From Candidatus Villigracilaceae bacterium (GTDB lineage Bacteria; Chloroflexota; Anaerolineae; Anaerolineales; Villigracilaceae): DNA of 64,000 nucleotides. Position 1 is the first letter of the stretch. Every line of letters starts with the position of its first letter. The notes beneath the pieces were generated by a model. That model saw nothing but the letters and a program-made list of their open reading frames with translations. It searched no databases and was not told the DNA's origin. Positions 17,039-23,298 of this stretch are shown piece after piece. The stretch is from the NCBI GenBank assembly GCA_026645935.1, contig JAPKMP010000004.1:44047-108046 (forward strand), in the 5' to 3' direction. The position numbers were made by a program, and so were the translations under genes.

Positions 17039-20000
17039 TTATTGTCCCTCCACAATCCGTATCTCTTCCTCACTCAACCCATACAACTCATAAACCAGAC
17101 GATCAATCGCCGCATCCGTGGACTCGATCTCGCGCTTGACCATTTCCTGTTCTTGCGGAGTTCTTGGGGCTTGCTTGTGTAATGCCAACATGCGCTCGAC
17201 CAGCGAGACCAGTTTGTCGTGCCGGGCTTTGTCGGCGGAGTCGTCGAAGTTGATTGGACGGATGGGAAAGGGAGATAAGTAATTGGTTTTGAACCTGAAA
17301 TATCCACCACGCAAGGTTGTGCCTGTATTAGATAGATACCACCAAAATGTTTTTGAGTTCATAACACCAAGAATGTACAACTTGTTTATGGGAAAGTTCT
17401 TTCTAACCACTAGACTGTAAACTTGAGTATTATGATACATTCCTTTAGGTGCTAAGGACATATTGCCACCTAAACTAATTTCTGGTGTAACAATCCGTTC
17501 AATCTCAAATACATTCATATCCCTGCTTCTATGACATGAATACCAATACTTAGGGTTGGTCTTTTGTCTTACGCGAATTTCAGTTAATTCTTTTTGATAT
17601 TCCTTAAGATATGCATAGCCTTTAGGAAATCTGCTTTTTAGTTCAGTCTCTTCTATTATCTTTGTTTTACCATCCGCTAACTTGTAAGGATAAATACAAT
17701 AATATGAGTTTGTAGGTTCTGAGTATCGATTTACATCCTCGCCTGTCAAAAAAGGTTTCACTAGACTGGATTCGATCTCTACACTTTGTTCTGCTCTTTC
17801 GGAGAATAATTTATAAATACCACCCTTCAACTCTTCCTCGAACTTTAGAACGTGAATATTATCAATCCCAGATTGTACGCCTACCAATATTTCTTCACAT
17901 ACATCGCCAAGTGTAAGAGGTTGTTTTGACAAGGTTGCTAGAATAGAAGGAACATTTTTCTTTGCTAAAGTCCACGGGGTATCAGAAAAATCTTTTAAGC
18001 TGTAAGTTGTAAAGTCATCTTCTGTTAATTTGAACAAGGTTGGTTGAATGTTAATAGCTGGAATGTTTTCGAACTCGTGATATTTGAATTGCTCTAAAGA
18101 CTCATTCCGTAAAAACAACAATCCTGTGTAAGTTGAAGCCTGGTCGAAAACTAAATTATTCCCGAAACTGATAAGTTTTTCGATTGCTAGTTTCTTGGTA
18201 AGAAAGCCTCGTAGACCTGACCCAAAATCAGAATTGATAAATTTATGAGGACAAATAAAACCTAATCGTCCATTTTGTTGTAAGAGTTTATAGGCTTTCT
18301 CAATGAAAAGTAGATATAAGTCAAATCGTTTGACTGCACTTTCATATTTTGAAGAAAAATATTCTATTTGATCGTTGTAGTTTTCCTGTAACCCCTGAAT
18401 TCTCAGGTACGGTGGATTTCCAATCACAGCATCGAAGCCGCCCTGAATGAACACCTGTGGAAAACCAGCTTTCCAGTTGAAGGCGTTCACGCGGTAGCGT
18501 TCTTCTTCGTCCACCAACATGGTCAATTGCCGCCCTTCGTAGTAATCATTGCCGATCAACGAGTTGCCGCATTTGATGTTCTTGCCCAAGTCTGGCAAGA
18601 CTCGCTCTTGGAACAACGCCAACTGCGAGCCGATGGTCTCGCGGCTTTCGCCTTCCAAGACCTTCAATAATAACGAGAGTTTGGTCACTTCCACGGCTTG
18701 CGGGTCAATGTCTACTCCGTAGATGTTGTTAAGCAGGATGTCTTTTTTCTTCGAGGTCGTTAGCCTATAGCCGTCTTTGGTTTGGAAGATAACCGGCTTC
18801 TTGCCCGTCGCCCATTTCTCAGGGTCGTGTTCCATGTACCATTTCAAATGCCAGTCCAGCAAATACTGATACGCCCCAAGCGGGAAGGTCCCAGACCCAC
18901 AAGCCGGGTCGAGCACGCGGATTTTTTCGGCTTCCTTGGGGGTCTTGCCTTCCAGCAACCTGCCTACCGTGTTCTCGACAATATACTCCACGATATAGGT
19001 CGGCGTGTAATACACCCCGCCCGCCTTGCGCACTTCGGGCTTTTCCTCCACCTTGGCGCGGTGTCCCGCCGTCAGGCGAATCACCTTGCCGAGGAAGCGT
19101 TCATACACCTGCCCTAAAATATCCGCCGGAATTTCGCGGAAGACATACGGGCTTTCAGGGTAATACAAATTCTTGATGATGTCCTTCAACGGCTTATCAT
19201 CGATCTTGAGGGTCAGGGTCAGCGTATCGGTCGGGCTGGAGGCATCTTTCTCTTCCGAAAAATGGAACAAGCCGGAGTTATATCTAGCGTCGGCTCGTTT
19301 GAATAACAGGCAGAGATTTTCATAAATATCCCCGCTTTCACCGATCTCTTTCAATTGTTCGTCCCGTTCCACGCCCCGGTCTTCGCAGATGCGCAGAAAG
19401 ACGATGCGGTCGATGATCATCTGCACGGCGTAGTTCAACTCGCGCACGTTCAGGCTTTCATTGCGTAAGGCAATATTATTTGCGAGCAGGTCGCGCCAGC
19501 GTTCGATCTCCGCCAGAAAGGCGTCGTCCACTTCGGCAGTGCCTTTTTTGAGCTTTGCGCTTTCAGCGAAGGCATCGAAGGAGCCCCGTAATACAGCATC
19601 TCGCGAGAAGATGCTTGCGATCTCGTCCCATTTTTCAACATAATCTTTATAGGAATACAATTTGACACGCCCCACTGAAGCCTTGTCTTTTTTATCGGGC
19701 TTGGCGCGGCAATCGTAAATGGCCAACTCTTCGAAATCCGAAAGGATACTGAGCGGCAGTTTTGCGCTCCAGGCATAACGGCGTAATTGAAAGGCGGGGT
19801 GAATATCCGTCTCGATCTTGACGGCGGGTTTCTTGGCTTCTAAAAAGAACTTTCTCTGCCCGCCGATGCGAAAGGCATAATCGGGCGCTTTATTTTCCCC
19901 TTCGATCTCCAGGCTATCTTCATGCACCACATCCTTGTACATCTCAGCATAGCCCTGTTTATTGAACACATCCCAACCGAGCGCCTCAAAGAACGGATCG

Positions 20001-20107
20001 AGGAACTCGCGCCGGAGTTGCGTCTCGTTGTACCTGCCGGAACGGTAGGTTTCGCGGTGTTCATCAAATCTTTGCACAAGTTGGCGGATGATGTCTGGGG
20101 CAGTCAT
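17039..20107 (-). CDS. Type IIG restriction-modification enzyme (fused PD-ExK nuclease, N6-adenine methyltransferase and specificity domain; MmeI/Eco57I-like)
   Basis: 1022 aa. The N-terminal nuclease context is PDYAF...FFLEAKKP. SAM motif I is VLDPACGSGTFP and motif IV is VIGNPPY. It has a long C-terminal TRD and the tail IDRLVYELYGLSEEEIRIVEGQ. Confidence 0.85.
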   Translation of the reverse strand: MTAPDIIRQLVQRFDEHRETYRSGRYNETQLRREFLDPFFEALGWDVFNKQGYAEMYKDVVHEDSLEIEGENKAPDYAFRIGGQRKFFLEAKKPAVKIETDIHPAFQLRRYAWSAKLPLSILSDFEELAIYDCRAKPDKKDKASVGRVKLYSYKDYVEKWDEIASIFSRDAVLRGSFDAFAESAKLKKGTAEVDDAFLAEIERWRDLLANNIALRNESLNVRELNYAVQMIIDRIVFLRICEDRGVERDEQLKEIGESGDIYENLCLLFKRADARYNSGLFHFSEEKDASSPTDTLTLTLKIDDKPLKDIIKNLYYPESPYVFREIPADILGQVYERFLGKVIRLTAGHRAKVEEKPEVRKAGGVYYTPTYIVEYIVENTVGRLLEGKTPKEAEKIRVLDPACGSGTFPLGAYQYLLDWHLKWYMEHDPEKWATGKKPVIFQTKDGYRLTTSKKKDILLNNIYGVDIDPQAVEVTKLSLLLKVLEGESRETIGSQLALFQERVLPDLGKNIKCGNSLIGNDYYEGRQLTMLVDEEERYRVNAFNWKAGFPQVFIQGGFDAVIGNPPYLRIQGLQENYNDQIEYFSSKYESAVKRFDLYLLFIEKAYKLLQQNGRLGFICPHKFINSDFGSGLRGFLTKKLAIEKLISFGNNLVFDQASTYTGLLFLRNESLEQFKYHEFENIPAINIQPTLFKLTEDDFTTYSLKDFSDTPWTLAKKNVPSILATLSKQPLTLGDVCEEILVGVQSGIDNIHVLKFEEELKGGIYKLFSERAEQSVEIESSLVKPFLTGEDVNRYSEPTNSYYCIYPYKLADGKTKIIEETELKSRFPKGYAYLKEYQKELTEIRVRQKTNPKYWYSCHRSRDMNVFEIERIVTPEISLGGNMSLAPKGMYHNTQVYSLVVRKNFPINKLYILGVMNSKTFWWYLSNTGTTLRGGYFRFKTNYLSPFPIRPINFDDSADKARHDKLVSLVERMLALHKQAPRTPQEQEMVKREIESTDAAIDRLVYELYGLSEEEIRIVEGQ

Positions 20108-20138
20108 GGATACGATTCCCTTTGGATTATTATAATCT

Positions 20139-20173
20139 TAGACCTGACAGGTTTCCAAAACCTGTCAGGTCTA
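20139..20173. repeat. perfect 16-bp-stem palindrome in the divergent RM/alaS-side control region
   Basis: tagacctgacaggttt-cca-aaacctgtcaggtcta. On the minus strand TTGGAA spans the loop, followed by an 18-nt spacer, TATAAT (20134-20129) and 21 nt to the RM ATG. Confidence 0.7.
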
Positions 20174-20181
20174 ATTCTCAG

Positions 20182-20190
20182 TGGTATAAT
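20182..20190 (+). promoter_or_regulatory. candidate extended -10 promoter (TGGTATAAT)
   Basis: TGGTATAAT ends 8 nt before the ATG at 20199, implying a nearly leaderless transcript. The same 9-mer recurs at 20442-20450. Confidence 0.35.
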
Positions 20191-20198
20191 CCCGCCCA

Positions 20199-20276
20199 AT
20201 GAAATCCAGCCTCAAGCCCGCCTCCGCTCGAGCCGCCGCCGCTACATGCGCGACCTGCAAACCTGCCACGGCTTGA
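20199..20276 (+). CDS. candidate Ala-rich leader peptide (25 codons) upstream of alaS
   Basis: Own translation: MKSSLKPASARAAAATCATCKPATA-stop. 9 of 25 codons are Ala, including GCC GCC GCC GCT. An intrinsic terminator starts 22 nt after the stop. It has no SD, but it may be leaderless. Confidence 0.3.
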   Translation: MKSSLKPASARAAAATCATCKPATA

Positions 20277-20297
20277 GACGGAACCGAGAGGAAATCC

Positions 20298-20329
20298 AGT
20301 CCCGAAACCGACAGGTTCGGGACTTTTTT
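20298..20329 (+). terminator. intrinsic terminator upstream of alaS
   Basis: agtcccgaaacc-gaca-ggttcgggact has an 11-12 bp stem with one bulge, followed by TTTTTT. Confidence 0.7.
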
Positions 20330-20340
20330 GTTAATAGTGT

Positions 20341-20429
20341 ATGTCATTCTGAGGGAGTGGCGCAAGGCGCTACGACCGAAGAATCTCGTTTTCTGGCGTA
20401 GAGACCCTTCGCTACGCTCAGGGTGACAT
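20341..20429. repeat. MITE/REP-like imperfect palindromic element (~89 nt)
   Basis: The termini atgtcattctgag and ctcagggtgacat are inverted (11/13). The internal arms cgaagaatctc and gagacccttcg are also roughly inverted. Confidence 0.5.
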
Positions 20430-20441
20430 GCTCAGGACGCT

Positions 20442-20450
20442 TGGTATAAT
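20442..20450 (+). promoter_or_regulatory. candidate extended -10 promoter for alaS (TGGTATAAT)
   Basis: TGGTATAAT lies 32 nt upstream of the alaS ATG. GGAG at 20473-20476 sits 6 nt before the ATG. Confidence 0.4.
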
Positions 20451-20482
20451 TCGCCAGCCATTTCAACACTTCGGAGTACTCC

Positions 20483-23254
20483 ATGACCAAAAAACTCACC
20501 GGCAACCAGATCCGCCAGGACTTCATCGACTTCTTCGTCGAACACGGACACACCGCCGTGCCTTCGATGTCGCTCGTCCCTGGCGGGGACTCCACGCTTC
20601 TCTTCACCAACTCCGGCATGGTGCAGTTCAAGGACGTCTTCCTCGGCACCGATAAAAAACCCTACACCCGCGCCGTCGACTCGCAGAAGTGCATGCGCGT
20701 GGCGGGCAAACACAATGACCTCGAGGATGTGGGCCGCGACGATACGCATCACACTTTTTTCGAAATGCTCGGCAACTGGTCATTCGGCGATTACTACAAA
20801 AAGGAAGCCATCGCCTGGTCATGGCAGTTGCTCACCGAAGTATGGGGCATCCCCAAAGATAAACTTTACGCGACCTGCTTCGAAGACGACAAGGGCGATA
20901 TCCCGCGCGACGACGAAGCCGCCGATGCGTGGAAAGCCCAGCCCGGAATGAATCCGGAGCATGTCTTGTTCTTCGGGCGCAAGGAAAACTTCTGGCAAAT
21001 GGCGGAGACCGGTCCCTGCGGTCCTTGCTCCGAAATTCACATCGACCTCGGCGAAGAACGCGACAACCTGCGCGGCACCGACCACCTTTGCGGCGTGAAC
21101 GGCGAATGCACGCGCTTCCTTGAACTGTGGAACAACGTTTTCATTCAATACAATCTCTTCGACGACGGACGCCTCGAACTGCTCCCTGCCAAACACGTCG
21201 ATACCGGCATGGGCTTCGAACGCATTGTCGCTGTTTTGCAGGGCGTCGATTCCAATTACAAGACCGATCTTTTCACTTCTTCTCTTGAAGTCCTGCGCTC
21301 GCTCACCGGTCACAGCGAAAAGGAAATGCTCGCGGATTTCACACCATATCGCGTCATCTGCGATCACGTGCGCTCGGCGGCGTTTCTCATCGCGGATGGA
21401 GTCGTTCCGGGCAACGCGGGCCGCAATTATGTTGCGCGCATGATCGTCCGCCGCGCGGCTCGCTTCGGATCGAAACTTGGACTCAATGAGCCTTTCCTTT
21501 CGAAGGTCGCTCAAGCTGTCATCGAACAATATGGCGATTTCTATCCGGAATTGAAAAAAGCCCAGCCTGCGATCATGGATAATTTGACTCGGGAAGAAGT
21601 CCGCTTCGCACGCACGGTCGAGGCGGGTACTAACCATTTGCAGAATCTACTCTCCAATCTCCAATCCTCCAATTCTCTGCTCTTGGATGGTCACAAAGCC
21701 TTCGACCTGTACGCCACCTACGGCTTGCCCTTCGAGATCTCCCGCGACATCGCCCGCGAACAGGGGCTCGACGTGGACGAAGCCGGTTTCAACGACGCGA
21801 AGGAACATCACGCCAAGGCTTCCGGTGGCGGTAAAGCCATGGGTAAACTCGGCGGTGAAGACGCTGAATTTTTCGCTGGCATTTTGAAAGACTTGCAAAC
21901 CAAGGGAAAACTTGGCAAGGATGGAGTGGAATACGATCCATACAACGGAACGGATATTTCCCGCTATTCGAATCTTGAAGTCCTGGCTCTCGTTGTGAAC
22001 GGTCGATTGGTTGAATCCGCTGAATTGGATGATCAAGTTGAAGTGATTCTGCCCAGGACCGGCTTCTACATCGAAGCGGGCGGTCAGGTGGACGATACGG
22101 GATACATCCGGTATCTCCCCTCTCCCTCTGGGAGAGGGGCCGGGGGTGAGGGCGGCTGGGAAATCGAAGTCACCGGTATGCGCCGCGCATCCGCGGGTGT
22201 CATCGTGCATATTGGAACGGTGATCTCCGGTCAGCCCAAGGTTGGCGATAAAGCGACGGCCGAAGTGGACATCGTCCGCCGCCACGACATCATGCGCAAC
22301 CACACAGCGACTCATTTGTTGCACAAGGCATTGCACGAGGTTTTGAGCGATCAAGCAAAACAGGCGGGTTCGCTTGTTGCGCCAACGCATCTGCGCTTCG
22401 ACTTCAACCACCCCGAAGCGATGACGCCCGAACAGGTCGAGCGCGTCGAACGCATGGTCAACGAAGCGATTGCGGCGGATATGCCCGTCGTTAAGGTGAC
22501 CAAGTCGCTGGACGAAGCCAAAAAGGAAGGCGCGATGGCGCTCTTCGGCGAGAAATACGGCGAGACTGTCCGCACCATTTCCATTCTTAGCTCCGCTGGG
22601 GGCTTAGCTCCCAACGAGCAAGAGAAGCATTCCTACGAGCTCTGCGGCGGCACTCACCTCGAACGCACGTCCGATATTGGCACATTCCTTATCGTCAGTG
22701 AAGGTTCGGCGGCGGCGGGTGTGAGGCGCATCGAAGCGGTCACGGGCCGCGGCGCGTATGATTTGATCCATAAGCGTTTCAAGACGTTGAAACATGCCGC
22801 GGCTTCCCTCAAGACTTCGCTGGATGAAATCCCTGCGCGCGTGGACGCATTACAAAATGAAATCTCTGAGTTGAAGAAGGAACTTGCCAACCTTAGATCG
22901 CAATCAGCGCTATCCACCTTCCACTCGCTGCTCTCCAACGTGCAAACCGTGAAGGATGTCAACATCCTCGGTGTGGAAATCCCGAATGCAGATGTTGACA
23001 CTCTTCGTTCGCTCGCTGATAAATTCCGCGAGAAACACCCTAAGAACGGCGCGGCGGTCTTTGTCTCCGGAGGGACTGTCATCGCCACCGCGACCGAAGA
23101 CGTGGTCAAACGGGGAGTCAATGCCGGGGATTTGATCACAGGCATCGGCGGGAAGGGAGGCGGGCGTCCGAATCTTGCACAGGGCAGCTTGAATGGAGAT
23201 GTCAAAGAATCGCTTTCAAAACTTCCGAAGGTGATTGAAGGAAAGTTGAAATAA
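20483..23254 (+). CDS. alaS: alanine--tRNA ligase
   Basis: 923 aa with a canonical AlaRS N-terminus (IRQDFIDFFVEHGHT, FTNSGMVQFK), the editing-domain HTATHLLH motif and a C-terminal DHHA1-like GGGRPNLAQG. Confidence 0.95.
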   Translation: MTKKLTGNQIRQDFIDFFVEHGHTAVPSMSLVPGGDSTLLFTNSGMVQFKDVFLGTDKKPYTRAVDSQKCMRVAGKHNDLEDVGRDDTHHTFFEMLGNWSFGDYYKKEAIAWSWQLLTEVWGIPKDKLYATCFEDDKGDIPRDDEAADAWKAQPGMNPEHVLFFGRKENFWQMAETGPCGPCSEIHIDLGEERDNLRGTDHLCGVNGECTRFLELWNNVFIQYNLFDDGRLELLPAKHVDTGMGFERIVAVLQGVDSNYKTDLFTSSLEVLRSLTGHSEKEMLADFTPYRVICDHVRSAAFLIADGVVPGNAGRNYVARMIVRRAARFGSKLGLNEPFLSKVAQAVIEQYGDFYPELKKAQPAIMDNLTREEVRFARTVEAGTNHLQNLLSNLQSSNSLLLDGHKAFDLYATYGLPFEISRDIAREQGLDVDEAGFNDAKEHHAKASGGGKAMGKLGGEDAEFFAGILKDLQTKGKLGKDGVEYDPYNGTDISRYSNLEVLALVVNGRLVESAELDDQVEVILPRTGFYIEAGGQVDDTGYIRYLPSPSGRGAGGEGGWEIEVTGMRRASAGVIVHIGTVISGQPKVGDKATAEVDIVRRHDIMRNHTATHLLHKALHEVLSDQAKQAGSLVAPTHLRFDFNHPEAMTPEQVERVERMVNEAIAADMPVVKVTKSLDEAKKEGAMALFGEKYGETVRTISILSSAGGLAPNEQEKHSYELCGGTHLERTSDIGTFLIVSEGSAAAGVRRIEAVTGRGAYDLIHKRFKTLKHAAASLKTSLDEIPARVDALQNEISELKKELANLRSQSALSTFHSLLSNVQTVKDVNILGVEIPNADVDTLRSLADKFREKHPKNGAAVFVSGGTVIATATEDVVKRGVNAGDLITGIGGKGGGRPNLAQGSLNGDVKESLSKLPKVIEGKLK
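22115..22152 (+). repeat. GC-rich palindromic element inserted in-frame in alaS
   Basis: ctcccctctccctctgggagaggggccgggggtgaggg has a 10-bp stem cccctctccc/gggagagggg. It encodes LPSPSGRGAGGEG inside the AlaRS body. A second copy is at 24510-24546. Confidence 0.7.
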
Positions 23255-23268
23255 GTTCGATTATTATG

Positions 23269-23294
23269 CAGGGTCACGACGTGCTGTGACCCTG
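23269..23294. terminator. hairpin between convergent alaS and the GH13 gene
   Basis: cagggtcac-gacgtgct-gtgaccctg is a 9-bp stem. Confidence 0.6.
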
Positions 23295-23298
23295 CGAT

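Noticed and set aside
16638-17148. The three direct repeats as a possible CRISPR-like array.
   Set aside because: The units are about 105-120 nt, degenerate outside a 33-nt core and irregularly spaced (158 and 233 nt). They are clearly homologous to the 3' coding end of the adjacent RM gene. No cas genes are present.
20197-20482. A T-box riboswitch upstream of alaS.
   Set aside because: I found no T-box consensus (GGTGGTACCGCG-like). I found no recognisable Stem I specifier architecture. The leader before the terminator is only about 130 nt.
20819-22411. Minus-strand ORFs of 272 and 254 aa inside alaS. Similar cases are 23626-24771 (381 aa) in the GH13 gene, 25232-26224 (330 aa) in the vWA gene and 4363-5106 (247 aa) in the YfcC gene.
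   Set aside because: All lie antisense to genes with strong family motifs. All have biased, motif-free translations. I treated them as shadow ORFs.
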